A stretch of 64,000 nt of DNA from Scyliorhinus canicula (Eukaryota). The stretch is from NCBI RefSeq assembly GCF_902713615.1, contig NC_052153.1:149249772-149313771 (forward strand). Reading direction: 5' to 3'. Below are positions 36,187 to 48,548 of this stretch, piece by piece. Positions within the stretch are counted from its first letter, which is position 1. Each line of letters opens with the position of its first letter. The notes below the pieces were generated by a model. It was not told the DNA's origin. It was given only the letters and a program-made list of their open reading frames with translations, and did not search any database. A program made the position numbers and the translations under genes.

Positions 36187-36296
36187 AAAGCTCGCAGAGA
36201 AACCGTTCCAATTTGGGAAACTGGTGCCCCTCCAGAACGTACTAAAATGACAATGAGAGACTTCATCTACTACTTGCCTGATACAAATCCAATGCT
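36187..36296 (+). CDS. BDP1: BDP1 coding exon 3 (KARRETVPIWETGAPPERTKMTMRDFIYYLPDTNPM)
   Basis: Conserved BDP1 motif KMTMRDFIYYLP; TGTAG acceptor, GTAAGT donor; phase 0 to 2. Confidence 0.95.
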
Positions 36297-36451
36297 GTAA
36301 GTGACCTGATGATATTCAAACTGGTATTTATTTTATAATATTTCTGATTGAATGCATTTTAAAGGTGTGAAATTAGATTTTTCATACTACATTTATTTTT
36401 TCGGTGCATGTAAGATGAATTTTGATATTATTTGAATTCAACTCCTTACAG

Positions 36452-36502
36452 ATCTTCATTTGAAGAAGAAAAGAGACTATCTTTCCCAGTTCTAACCAAA
36501 GA
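36452..36502 (+). CDS. BDP1: BDP1 coding exon 4 (SSFEEEKRLSFPVLTK)
   Basis: TTACAG acceptor, GTGAGT donor, 51 nt, phase 2 to 2. Confidence 0.88.
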
Positions 36503-36855
36503 GTGAGTATATGTTCAGCCATTTACAAAAGTTAGCTTCATTTTTTTAGAATGTCGTAGGTGTCTTGGAGATTTTTACCAGATTTTCACTCACCAAGTTT
36601 TATCACAGGATTTTGAAATTAATGATAAAACACTGTTTTGGTAATAGTGTGAATTTATTTTCCAGGATCTGTTGCATCAATGGTAAAAATGAAAAATAAA
36701 CATATAATGATTGCAGGATAAAAAATAAGAGCATTGCCTAGTCATCAACACCACACTTATTATTAACGATTCTTAAATTTCTCATGGTCATGGCAATTAT
36801 AGTATGAGAGAATTTGGACTCTGACAATCACTATATGTCTTGCTTTATATTGTAG

Positions 36856-36978
36856 GCCAGAAGTGGGAACCGTTAGTTCCCCACCTAATGAGGATGAAGA
36901 TGAAGAATCTGATGATGCAGTTTTGGGTCCAAGAGTCAAAGTAGCTGAAGATGGCACTATTATTATTGATGATGAAAG
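36856..36978 (+). CDS. BDP1: BDP1 coding exon 5 (...PRVKVAEDGTIIIDDE)
   Basis: Conserved PRVKVAEDG motif; TGTAG acceptor, AG|GTAAGT donor; phase 2 to 2. Confidence 0.95.
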
Positions 36979-37343
36979 GTAAGTCCATACTACAAAAACA
37001 TTTACGATTTAAACACTTTACATTTCATTAGCAGATCATCAATTAGAATTATCTTAGATGATTGAATTATTATTGAATACCATTGTTTATGTTCTAACAT
37101 TTTGTTATAGGGCTAGATAGATCCTTTTTGCCAAAACTACTCAGTGACCTTCGTTTAAAATCGGTTAATTTATCCTGAAGCTCTGTATATTTAAGGGGGT
37201 TTAAGATTGGCTTCACCACCTTGGTGGTAGGAAAATATGTGGAGATGTTAAACTGGGCCAGAAATTAGTAGTCATTTGCCAAGTGCAGATTATTTAGTAA
37301 AAACAGCACAGATTTGTTAAAGACCAATCTCATTTCTCTCTTT

Positions 37344-37472
37344 TCTGAAGAAAAGTCACATTTGACTCAATATTAATTCTGTTTCTCTTTCCATGAATGC
37401 AGCAAGACCCGCTGAGTATTTCCAGTATTTTCTGTTTTTATTTCAGATATACAGCATCCACAGTATTTTGCT
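37344..37472 (+). repeat. Penelope-associated shark repeat with decayed hammerhead-like core; reverse-oriented relative at 13321-13395
   Basis: CTGAAGA..AGTCA-loop-TGACT..then CTGCTGAGTATTTCCAG-like TTTTCTGTTTTTATTTCAG. Confidence 0.45.
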
Positions 37473-37494
37473 TTAATTTTCATATTTAATCAAC

Positions 37495-37704
37495 TTGATT
37501 GCACAATTATTTTTTCCAATTATGGGGCAATTTAGTGTGGCCAATCCGCCTACCCTGCACATCTTTGGGTTGTGGGGGTGAAACCCACGCAGACACGGGG
37601 AGAATGTGCAAACTCCACACAGACAGTGACCCAGGGCCGGGATTCGAACCCAGGTCCTCAGCGCCGTAGGCAGCAATGCTAACCACTGTGCCACCGTGCT
37701 GCCC
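37495..37704 (-). mobile_element. Short poly-A V-SINE
   Basis: Near-identical to 10059-10280 and 31249-31475. Confidence 0.88.
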
Positions 37705-37896
37705 CGCCTATGGAATAAAAGGGAAAGTTACCATTTCAAGCAATAAATGAGAGAATACGCAGTGATAGTTCAGGGCAGATAAAAGTTGACTGTGCTCTGT
37801 AATGGAGGGAGAACAAACAGCACTGTTTTAAGCTAGCAATGATTTTCCATGGAATGCAAATTTACTTGACTGTACTTTTCTTCAAACAAAAAATAG

Positions 37897-38030
37897 TTTA
37901 ACGGTTGAGGTTTTGAGGAAGAAGGGACCTAATATAGCTGAAGAAAGCGATCCTATTTTTGAACGTGGCTCTCAAACAACCTATTCCAGTTTTAGGAAGA
38001 GCACTCACACAAAGCCATGGTCTAATAAAG
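37897..38030 (+). CDS. BDP1: BDP1 coding exon 6 (LTVEVLRKKGP...DPIFERGSQTTYSSFRK...KPWSNK)
   Basis: Conserved pre-SANT linker and start of SANT domain; AATAG acceptor, G|GTATGT donor; phase 2 to 1. Confidence 0.95.
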
Positions 38031-38585
38031 GTATGTATGAAATTAGTTTTAACGGCTTAAATTTAGAAAACCTATTACTCCACCATTTTACTTCTGATTT
38101 TAAAAAATGTTCCCGAAACATTTCCAGGTGTGCTGCATTCCAAAATTGTTAAACTGTATAGCATCAAATGTTTCATGCGTTTCAAGGATATGTCAATGGT
38201 CACATCTAAAATTGTTATCAGTTGAAAAAATGCATCCATTCCCGGTGTATAACATTTTTTGCCCATTTTAGCTAACTTTTTTTCAACTCAATGCAAAAAG
38301 TTATCACCGCACCATCCTAATCTGTAAAATGAAAGTTGATAGTTGTTCCTAACTATTCCTACTTTTAAAAGTACAGTCATGCATTGATAGTGTGGAATAG
38401 GATTTCATCATTCCTGTCAGTGCCATGTTTGCTCCTGAGTACACATGATCTTTCAGAGAAATTTACTTCTTTAAATTTAGTCTTTCACGTGAATATACAT
38501 CCCCATGCTAAAAGTCTTGTACGACTCTGTTGCCTCTATTATTTTGACAGAGAGTTAATATCTAGTGGGGTAGTGCAAGGAGGAT

Positions 38586-38812
38586 TTTATTTTTAAATTT
38601 AATTGAAGTACCCAATTATTCTTTTTTCCAATTAAGGGGCAATTTAGTGTGGCCAATCTACGTTACTTGCACATCTTTGGATTGTGGGGTGACCCACTCA
38701 GACACGGGGAGAATGTAAAAACTCCACACGGATAGTGACCCGGGGCCGAGATCGAACCTGGGTCCTCGGCGCCGTAAGGCAGCAGTGCTAACCACTGCAC
38801 TACCGTGCTACC
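38586..38812 (-). mobile_element. Short poly-A V-SINE
   Basis: V core and tail. Confidence 0.82.
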
Positions 38813-38819
38813 CATGCTC

Positions 38820-39600
38820 TCTCTTAACTTAAATCTATGCCCCTGGTTATTGACTGCTCTACTAATGGAAAAAGTGCCTTCTTAGCCATTCTATTTATGC
38901 CCCTTATAATCTTAGACACCTCTATCAGGTTCACTCTCAACATGCGCTGCAAGGGCAGCAGTCCCAACCTATCCAATCTTTCCTCATGGCTCAGATCCTC
39001 CAGTCCAGGCAACACCCTCTCCAGTGCAATGACATCCTTCTGATAATGTGGTGTCCAGAACTGCATGAAGTATTCCAATTGTGGCCTTACCAGCGTTTTG
39101 TATAGAGTTCCAGCATGATATTCCTGCTCTTATAAGACATAGGAGCTGAATTAGGCCACTTGGCCCATTGAGTCTGCTCTGCCATTCAATCATGGCTGAT
39201 ATTTTCTCACCCCCATTCTCTTGCCTTCTCCCCATAAGCCCTTATTAATCAAGAACCTATGTATCTCTGTCTTAAAAGACACTCAGTGATTTGGCCTCCA
39301 CAGCCTTCTGTGGCAAAGAGTTCCACAGATTCACCACCCTCTGGCTGAAAAAAGTCCTCCTCATCTCTGTTTTAAAGGACCATCCCTTTAATCTGAGATG
39401 GTGTCCTCTGGTTCTTGTTTTTCCTACAAGTGGAAACATCCTCTGCATGTCCACTCTATCCAGGCCTCGCAGTATCTTGTATGCTTCAATAAGGTCCCCT
39501 CTCATCCTTCTAAACTCCAACGAGTACACTCCCAGAGTCCTCAAACGTTCCTCATACGACCTCATATATTCTATTCCTCGGCTAATAAAGGCCAGTATCC
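38820..39600 (-). mobile_element. Two nested CR1-clade LINE 3' fragments
   Basis: SYEERLRTLGVYSLEFRRMRGDLIEAYKI..TRGH..FFSQRVVNLWNSLP. Confidence 0.88.
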
Positions 39601-41143
39601 ATATGTTGTCTTAAACCTTATCTACCTGCCCTTCCACCTTCAGGGATCTGTGGAATGCACTTCAAGGTCCCTCTGTCATAACTGCTCATATTCCTGCAGC
39701 ATCGGTACCTACCTGGAGTATGGCATCTTGATCTTTCCTCTCCAGCCTCGAGATGTTCTTGACCCTGGTATCAGACAGGCAAGATGGTTTTTGGGGCTCA
39801 TGCTTTCAGTTGCAGAGAACATCCCTCTAATGCCCAAGTCTGCTATGCCTACTACATTTCTTCTCACTGCGCAAACTTGAATTGCCCCCGTACCACTGTG
39901 CTGTGGTCAGTATGTGCATCCGACCTTCTCTCATCCACAAAGGCTCCAAGAATAAGTGCAAGGGCTAAAGCTCCTCCTGTGCTATTTTCTGGACCCCAAT
40001 ATCTGCTTCATTTGTAGTTACACATTCTCTATCCTTGACCATGGACGACATCTGAAATACTTAATGTAAGAGTTGTGACTGCCTGCTGGAACAAAGTTTA
40101 CAGGTCACTCCTACGTCAACTCGAGTTGAAAACACTTACTGAAGATGTCGTTGTTGTGGATCACACTTCCACCAGCTCCCACATGCTGCACTTACAACAC
40201 ATCACCTGCCCTGCCCTCTTGGTTGTATTTAATTGAACTTATTAGATTTTCAAGTTTTGAAATAAAAACAGAATTGTTTGTACTTTTTAATCTGATTGAG
40301 AGCCTTGTTAAATTTATTAAATTTGGTTATATGCTTTTGGTTTTTACTGTAATATAGCCTGCAGTCCTAATTTAATCCTATTTGTTTATGTTTATCTTTT
40401 ATATATCAAGCAGCATTCCTTATTCCCACCTCACCCATTTCCCAAACTCAGTAAATTCCTTTGCACTCTGGTGAAATCTGCACTCAGGTGAAATTAATAT
40501 GTGCTCACCTACATTATTAACTCATTTAGTTTTATTTACCCAGCCGAAATGTTTTATTTCCCGACTCTTAGTGCTAAACAATGCCTAGTTTAGAGAGGGG
40601 AGAAAATGGAATTACTCACTAACAAAACACTTGACCACTTTCCTGTGATGTAACAATTTCTTCTTCCTACATTTTCAAACTCTTGAACCCGATCCACTAC
40701 TGTAAAAATTCACTTCCTGTTCACCACCAGCGCACCGAGGCAGCAGTGTGTACCATCAACAGGATGCACAGCAAAAACTTAGGAAGCTTCCTTTGAATGT
40801 AACTTTCAAACGTACGACCTCTACTATGTTACAGGACAAGGAACAACAGCCACAAGGGAACCACCAAGTTCCCCTCCAAGTCACACACTATTCTGATGTG
40901 GAACTATATTGCTGTTCCTTCACTGTTGTTGGAAACCTATTCACTTTCTAACAGCACTATGGGTGTACCTACAGCAAATGGATTGCAGTGGTTCAAGAAG
41001 GTGGCTTACCACCACCTTCTCTGCAATTGGGGATGAGTAAATGAATGGAAATAAAAATGTAAGTTGGAAAACCACTATCGTACTTGGACCGTGACACAGA
41101 ATATAATAAATTCATTGTGTGTTGAAACATACATTTTTTTTTT

Positions 41144-41492
41144 AACATAGAATTTAGTGTGCAGAAGGAGGCCATTCGGCCCATCGAGTCTGCACCGGCT
41201 CCTGGAAAGAGCACCCTACCCAAGGTTAACACCTCCACCCTATCCCCATAACCCAGTAACCCCACCCAACACTAAGGGCAATTTTGGACACTAGGGGCAA
41301 TTTATCATGGCCAATCCACCTAACCTGCACATCTTTGGACTGTGTGAGGAAACCGGAGCACCCGGAGGAAACCCACGCACACACGGGGAGGATGTGCAGA
41401 CTCCGCACAGACAGTGACCCAAGCCGGAATCGAACCTGGGACCCTGGAGCTGTGAAGCGATTGTGCTATCCACAATGCTACCGTGCTGCCCC
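41144..41492 (-). mobile_element. Young HE1/V-SINE, CR1-type tail
   Basis: Head/core nearly identical to 2841-3178. Confidence 0.9.
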
Positions 41493-41659
41493 ATTTAAAG
41501 AGACATTAGAAGTTTCTAACGTTCTGTATATCCTTTTATTCTGTTTTGTATTGCATATTTTTGTTTTAAAAAAAATAAGTAACTTTTTTTGCCTTCTGTT
41601 GATTTTATTTGTAATATGTTGGTTCGTTTAGTAAATTTGTAAACTTTAATTCTTTCCAG

Positions 41660-41754
41660 AAACAGACATGTTCTTTCTAGCAATCAGTATGGTTGGAACA
41701 GATTTTTCTATGATTGGTCAATTGTTCCCCAACAGGACAAGAGTAGAAATAAAG
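41660..41754 (+). CDS. BDP1: BDP1 coding exon 7, SANT/Myb domain (ETDMFFLAISMVGTDFSMIGQLFPNRTRVEIK)
   Basis: Diagnostic BDP1 SANT sequence; TTCCAG acceptor, AAG|GTAATT donor; phase 1 to 0. Confidence 0.97.
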
Positions 41755-42045
41755 GTAATTTCGGTTGTCTTCAGAACTTATTTCCCACTTCATCTAGTAG
41801 TTTATATAATCAAAGAGCTTTACAGCATGGAGACCATTTGGTCCATCAAAAATGCATTTTTGTGTCTTGCAGCATCAGGTTGTAGACCTGTCTTTTAAAG
41901 TTGGAACATGTAATCATGCTTGTCTTTATCAACATAGTATATAGTATACACAAGATATAGTATGCACAAGATACACTAAAAAAATGTGTACAATCACTTT
42001 TACATAAGTGAAAAATATTTTTTATTAACAGTTATTTTTCCGCAG

Positions 42046-42100
42046 AACAAGTTTAAACGTGAAGAAAAAATGAACTCGTGGAGGATTGACAAAGCATTCA
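42046..42100 (+). CDS. BDP1: BDP1 coding exon 8 (NKFKREEKMNSWRIDKAF)
   Basis: End of SANT domain; CGCAG acceptor, GTAAGT donor; phase 0 to 1. Confidence 0.96.
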
Positions 42101-42537
42101 GTAAGTATGGTCGTTTTTAAATGGGCAGGGAATTCTCTACTTCAAAGTGATTATTGTACTTTGCATATTTGCATAAGGTGGAAAGATCAGACAATCAATT
42201 TGAACACTAATAGCATAACTGGAGAGCAGTGAGATACTGCAGAAGCGAACATCATGATATTTGGAGTGCTAAGAGTGTGGGAAAGTTAGCAGTAAGCAAC
42301 CAGAATATTAAAATGTGCTAATTGTAGAAAATGTTTACTGCTTGACTAATTTTCCTAACTTGTTTTCTTTGTGTGGTGCCTATGATTCCATGTGGTTCGA
42401 TGTTTTTTTTAATAACACACAGTTGCTCCATTATTTCTATTTGTTTAGTAGTTGAAGTTTTAGTTTGTCACCGTGTACCTCATTATCTGTTGTACATTGT
42501 TGGGCTGATACATTTTAATTTGCTCGTTCTCACACAG

Positions 42538-42684
42538 AGGAGAAAAAGCCGCTTGATCTGGCATTTTTTGGAGAGCTGTTAACTCGAGTTTTGGAAGTAG
42601 AGTCAAAGAGGAAGAAAGAAAGGAATGAGAAAACAAAAAGCCAAGCTCCAAGGAAGAAATCGATGACCAAACGGAACAGAAAAG
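42538..42684 (+). CDS. BDP1: BDP1 coding exon 9 (KEKKPLDLAFFGELLTRVLEVESKRKK...)
   Basis: Post-SANT helix similar to vertebrate BDP1; CACAG acceptor, G|GTAATA donor; phase 1 to 1. Confidence 0.92.
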
Positions 42685-42789
42685 GTAATATAATTTTAAA
42701 ATATTGAATTATCTTCATAGTGGAAAGGCCATTTTACAGCAAACTAATGAAGATGGATTCTTCAAGCTGCTGTCAGAACTGTCCAGCCG

Positions 42790-43204
42790 TTCACGCTGGC
42801 AGGATCTTCTGGTCCTGCCGACAGTGCACCCCCGCTGTGGGTTTATCGGCGCTGTGGGGTGCATTCAATGTGAATTCCTCTTGACAACGGCCGGCCAGAA
42901 GATTCCCACTGCTGGTCAATGGTGAACCTTCGCCGCCTCTGCGGAACATGCGGCTGGTTGTGGAAAAATCCTGCCCTCAGTATTTAAACATTGATATATA
43001 CTCTTTAAAGACCATCTGCGGAATTCTCTGTTGGCGGGATCCTCCACTAGCAGCGCATCCACACCTGTAGGTTTCCCGAAGGCGCGGGCTGGCCACAATG
43101 GGGAACCCCATTGGCTGGCTGCGGAAACGGAGAGTCCTGCTGTCAGTGGAGGCACGAAAAAACGTGCCGGAAAACGCGGCAGGCGGACTGGAGAATCTCG
43201 CCCC
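42790..43204. mobile_element. Two short palindromic MITE-like elements
   Basis: Ends such as GCGGAATTCTC / GAGAATCTCGCCCC; central CAATGGGGAACCCCATTG palindrome; relative at 29948-30102. Confidence 0.55.
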
Positions 43205-43323
43205 ATAACTATAGTTCCATATCTGTGTAGTTTTTGAGACCTTTTGCCTTGAACTAAGATTGAAAGTTGAGTGTGAAACAACAGATATCTAAATGTCATA
43301 TACCATGTGCCTCAGTGGCCAGG

Positions 43324-44010
43324 TGTAGCCATCTGAGCTGGCCACTTACAGCAAGAACATGGACGTTCGCAAAGCCTAAAGGGAAATATGGACAATGTAA
43401 GATTCAGGCAGGCACAGAGCCTGAATGTATATTTGTCAGCAGAGAATCCAGACAGCATCGAAACCCCCAACCGATTAACATTTTAATAGCCCATCTCCAT
43501 GAGACAAAGGACTGATACTCGGGTAACCGATAGAATCGGAGACATTTCAGCGCTACTCCTTTTACTCAGGATGCATAAACAGCAAGGTCAATGACCACTT
43601 AGGACACACCCAGCTATCTAGGCACCCGCCCCTTTATTGGTTCAGATCGAAGTTAGTGATTGAGAACTGCCCAATTAATTGAGTCCAAACCTAAGGACTG
43701 CCCAAAAGAGTGCGAAACCCCCAAGGATAAAGAGACACTGCCTGGTGTTCGATCTCTTTTGGACCTGGCGCTCCGGCAACGTCCATCTGCAATCACAGCA
43801 GCATGACCAGAAGCAAGTTCAAGTTCAACACTCGCTACCAGACGGATGAGCCCAGCTGAACAGCAGTTACTTCTCCAGACCCAGTGGATCCAGATTCGAA
43901 CAAAGGCCACTGTTCCTCTGACCTAAGCCGGGTGTCTGAAGTTAAGTACAGGTTGTCATAGCTGTTAGGTGTCGTTTAACTAGTAGTGTTTATTTTGCAT
44001 GATTAATCCT
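43324..44010 (+). mobile_element. Probable LTR fragment
   Basis: Begins TGTAGCCATCTGAGCTGGCCAC; TATA-like GGATAAAG; 3' end unclear. Confidence 0.4.
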
Positions 44011-44209
44011 TCCTTAAATGAGGTGTCAGCGGGCAGCACTGTGGCACACTGCTGCATCATGATGCCGAGGTCCGAGGTTTGATCACAGCCCTCGGTCACT
44101 GTCCATATGGGGTTTGCACATTCTCCCCGTGTTTGCGTGGATTGCGCCCCCATAACCCAAAGATGTGCAGGGTGCATGGATTGGTCACGCTAAATTGCCC
44201 CTTAATTGG

Positions 44210-45046
44210 TGTTGGGTGAAAATATTCACAAGCAGACTTTTGAATGAGTAATGAAGCAGTTTATTATATCAGAGCTCTGGGAGAAAACGCTTAGACTCCG
44301 CAGTCTTTGTCAGCACACTTTCTCGCTTGAGCTAGGCTTGCACTTAGTTAATATACAGTTTAAATGCGGAAGTAGCTGCATTCTCATTTACATATAATCT
44401 ATCAACTCTCTTCGCGTCATAATTCATTACATGCAGTCAATCAATTTTCTTTGTATCCCAGTTTAGGCAAAATATATGGTTAAAGTGGGTTGGTGTCTTA
44501 CCAGCCCCTAACTTCATGCAGAAGTTACTCAAAACTAACAAAGTTATGTCTCCTGCCTGCATCTGGAGACCGTGAGCTATTGAGGATACATTGTGCTCGT
44601 TGTCCTGTGGAGCTGTTATCAGTGGCTGTTAAAATATCCCTAGAAACACCCACGTCTGGGTCCCATTCAATGAGGTTGTTTATACAGTTTGTAACTTAAC
44701 CCAGCTAATGAATGTTTAGGAATGTGGTTAGTTCAGCTAAAAACCGTTTGTGTCTTTTAGCATTGCCAGCTCAGCTAATAGCCATTTTGTGTCCTTTCTG
44801 ATATTAGTAATTCTTAGGTTACAAAATCACAAGCATTGTGTATACACAATCTATTCTTACAAATTGCGTCTTGTAAGGGCATCTAAGCCAATGAGTACCT
44901 TTTGTCTAAAAACCTTCTTTCCAAATCTGACTTCAACTACTGTTTTGTGTAAAGAGCTACCGTCTCAAACATAGTGTCAAACATAACTTTGCAACATAGT
45001 TAATTATCCGGTTTACATTGTAAAACACAAAATTTTTCCCACAACA
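44210..45046 (-). mobile_element. Solo LTR (837 bp) inserted in tail of a poly-A V-SINE (44031-44209, 45047-45076)
   Basis: TGTTG...CAACA termini; ATTGG on both sides; AATAAA on minus strand at ~44261. Confidence 0.7.
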
Positions 45047-45715
45047 ATTGGGTATTCTAAAATTAATTTTAAAAAATGAGGTGTCCAGTACTACACAGTA
45101 CCCCAGATGTGGTCTTCCAGTACAATTGAAGCATAATCTCCCATTTTAGTATTCACCTCCCCTTGTAATAAATGATAGCATTCTATAAATGATAGCTTTC
45201 CCAATTACATTCTGTACCTGCATACTAGCCTTTTGTAATTTGTGCTCTAGCACACCCAGATCCCTCTGCACCTCAGCTCTCCAATCTCTCAGCATTTGGA
45301 TAGCATGTTTCCTTTTTTATTCTTTCTGCCAAATGGCCAATTCAACATTTTCCCACGTTATATTCCCTTTGCCAGATCCTTGCCCACTCACTGAACCCAT
45401 CCATATCTTTTTGTAGCCTCATTATATCCTCTTCACAACTTATTGTACCTGACCCAAGTATGCTTAATGCTGACTTTTAATGAATAAAAAGTGTTCCTTT
45501 CCCCAGTACCCATTATTCATCTTGACGAGCATTCAATTCACACACATTGCTTTTGGACCAGTGTGGCAGTTTTTGAACTGACTTTTTTTACCCAGTTCGT
45601 GTCCATTTCCTGTGTTGCATAATTTGCCTGTGAACTTAACAAGTGTTGTGCACACGCAAAGGATTTTGCACCGATAAATGCATGTTATCTTCTATCTTTT
45701 TACATGTGCATTTAG

Positions 45716-46024
45716 GCAAGCAAGTGTCAGAGATAGAAAGTGATCCTGACGATCCTGATCCAGTTGAAGCTGGTGTCAATGAATTAGTTGAAGCTGACCC
45801 TAATGCTGTGGTGGAGGCAAATGAGGCACCTTGCAGAGTGGAAGGGCAAGAAGATGCACAGGAAAACGAAACCATATCAAAGCTTTCCCCAACCAAACGC
45901 AAGCGAAAAAGGAAAAAGAAAGTTGCTGCAGAACTGGCAGTGCAAGAAACTGATGGAGGAGAACTACCTCGGGAGGAAAGTGGTTCTCAGGAACCAAAGC
46001 AAGAAGTACTGCAGTGCAAGAAAG
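45716..46024 (+). CDS. BDP1: BDP1 coding exon 10 (acidic/basic low-complexity; probable GC donor)
   Basis: TTTAG acceptor in phase 1, open E/D/K-rich frame with KRKRKRKKK; best donor AAG|GCAAGA gives the phase needed by the next exon. Confidence 0.78.
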
Positions 46025-46328
46025 GCAAGAATTGTTGTAGTTCTCGGTCTCTCTATTTATTTAAGCAACCCCCCCCCCCCCCCATGGCTCCTGTGATAAC
46101 ATGCCCCATTAAGGAAACAACATTGTCAAAATAGTTGCACCCTGTAAAGCAGTATGTTTGAACTCATTTATGTTGTGCCACTATAGCAAACAGATTTTTA
46201 AAGTTATAAAAATTGCCTAAAAGAAAACTGACCCACATGAATTTGAAGTTGAGAAAAAACAAAATGCTTTTTTTCTGGCTTCAGTTGCCACATTGATGTA
46301 ATTTGTTTGTGGTAAACAATTTGAATAG

Positions 46329-46509
46329 ACATCCAGAAGTCTTCAACTTTGGATTCTGGTCAAGAAGATGATGTTGGGGAGCAGATTGCAGAAGGTGAAG
46401 CTGAATGCCCCATGGTCACGGGTGAAATATCAACTAACCAAGGAACCTCTGAAAACAAACGACCTTCAGAAACCAAGAGAAAGGAGAAGCGCAATGATAA
46501 ATCCTTAAG
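46329..46509 (+). CDS. BDP1: BDP1 coding exon 11 (DIQKSSTLDSGQEDD...DKSL)
   Basis: AATAG acceptor, open frame, AAG|GTAACT donor; phase 1 to 2. Confidence 0.8.
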
Positions 46510-47279
46510 GTAACTTGTGTTTATATAGTGCTTTTAATGATGTGTAAATTTAAGATGATGTTTGGGGGGGGGGGGGGGGGGGGGGGGCATGGTGTTGTCA
46601 TTCTGTCTGATTAACATTACATTTACATGCCTGCTCCAAGTACATATGCTCTACTGTGTCTCACTCCAAGAAGTCCCATAAGTACAAGTATAAGGCACCT
46701 TTATTTTTCCTTCTGCATTATGCTTGACTAATAAATATATACAGGGTGCAAAGTAGTGGTAAATGGACCCAATAAGATGTTACCTGTACCAACAAAATTT
46801 CTTTAAAATTATCTCATTATGCATTATTTTACATATTTTACATATTACATTACCTTCCTACAAGAAAGAAAATTGCAGGTAGTTATGAAGGGAACTAAGT
46901 TACAAATGGGTGGGGATATGTTGGCGGTAGTTGCTGGTATCGGGTGGAGTGCCCAGGGATTTGTATAGGGATCTTTCCTGTTCCAGATGCCCATAAATAA
47001 CTTGGAGTTAAATGTCCTAAATCTAGTTGCATTTGGAGTGGGCATCAGAGCGGTGGTTATGGTGAGGAGAGGAGTAATTGAAGGTATGCCAGTTATTACA
47101 CAAAGCTTTTGACTTAACTGAGTTTTTACTGGGATGACCTTCAAAATGGAGAAATGCAAGGCAATACATGAAATGAAGGAAAAAAACTAGCAAGGACATT
47201 GATGTGTTAGAATTACCCATGCAGTATATTACTAATAACCAGAATGGGGAGATTTCACCATGCTCTGGGAGGCGCTGAA

Positions 47280-48110
47280 GACTGTGATCAGGGGTGATCA
47301 ATGCTTAAAAAACACAAAGAAATAGGGGGGAGAGAGAGTGGCGAGACAACAGCTAGTCGACTCCATACTGAAGGTGGACTGGCGACACTCCGAGGCCCTG
47401 ACCATAGAACTCCAGGCAGAGAGCAAAACGCTACAAATGAACTTTGATCTGCTCTCCATGTGGAAATCAGTGGACCAACTCCGCCACGCATGGGATAACA
47501 CGGAGATGAGGCTAGCTGCCTGCTGGCTCACCAGCTGAGAAAGCAGGCAGCCAAGGGAAATAGCCCAGATTAGAGACAGCAGAGGCAACTAGTAATGGAA
47601 CCGGAAAAGGTCAGTCGAGGCCTTCTACCGGGGTCTGTACACCTCAGGCTCCCGCATGGGGGAATTGGTGATGAAACAGTGCCAAAAACTGGACATACCA
47701 GTTATAGGGGAGGATAGGAAACGGGGGCTGGAAGCACCTTTATAACTGGGAGAAGTCATGGAGAGGATCTACTCCATGTAGGAGTGGATGGCTCCAGGAC
47801 CAGATGGGTTCCCCAAGGGGGTGGGGCAGAACTGGAGGGACTGCCATTTAAACAGGCCCAAAACAAATTCCACTACCTGGGGATCCAAATTGTCCATGAC
47901 TGGACAAGCTTCCATAAAGTGGAACCTAAGCAGCCTGGTGGAGAAAGTCAAAAAGGACCTGCAGAGGTGAGGCACACTTCCACACTCCCTGCTGAGGAGG
48001 GTGCAGACAATCAAGATGAACGTACTGCCAGGTTCCTCTCCCTGTTCAGATCCATCCCGATCTACATCCCCATGCTTTCTTCAACTCAGTGGAAAAATTG
48101 ATCATTTGTG
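47280..48110 (+). mobile_element. Heavily deleted L1 ORF2 fragment (sense)
   Basis: APGPDGFP, FHYLGIQI, RVQTIKMN motifs. Confidence 0.7.
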
Positions 48111-48548
48111 TGTCTGTGTGTGGAATACTCTATGCACTTCCCGTTAGTGCAACATAAGGAAGCCAAGGTCTTGCGCATTGCGAGGTAAGCAATGAGGCTT
48201 TGTGCTCGGTGTCAGACAGAGGTCTATGTGTGACATCATGATAAGCTGAGATAATTAAGCTTGTTAAGTAATGTATCTGAGGAAAAGTTAGTTATATTGG
48301 AAACTCATGGAATATAGTAACTTGAAACAGTCATTTCAGAAAACAAAAAAATGTAAATTGTATCTTTTGCGGCAACATAAAGTAAAAATAAAATTCATGG
48401 ATTACACCTCTTCTAGAATAAATGTTCTTCCAAGAATTGTAAAATAGTGCAGTTTTAGAAGAAGAGTGAAAATAGCTATGTGCCTGTTGCATCTACTATT
48501 GAAGCTGCAACACCTTTGAATAGCTTGATTGTTCAGGGAGGATTTATT

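Noticed and set aside
45643-46134. ORF-track proteins extending past exon boundaries (also 52895, 59641, 61255)
   Set aside because: Flanking parts are intronic read-through; splice sites and phases define shorter exons
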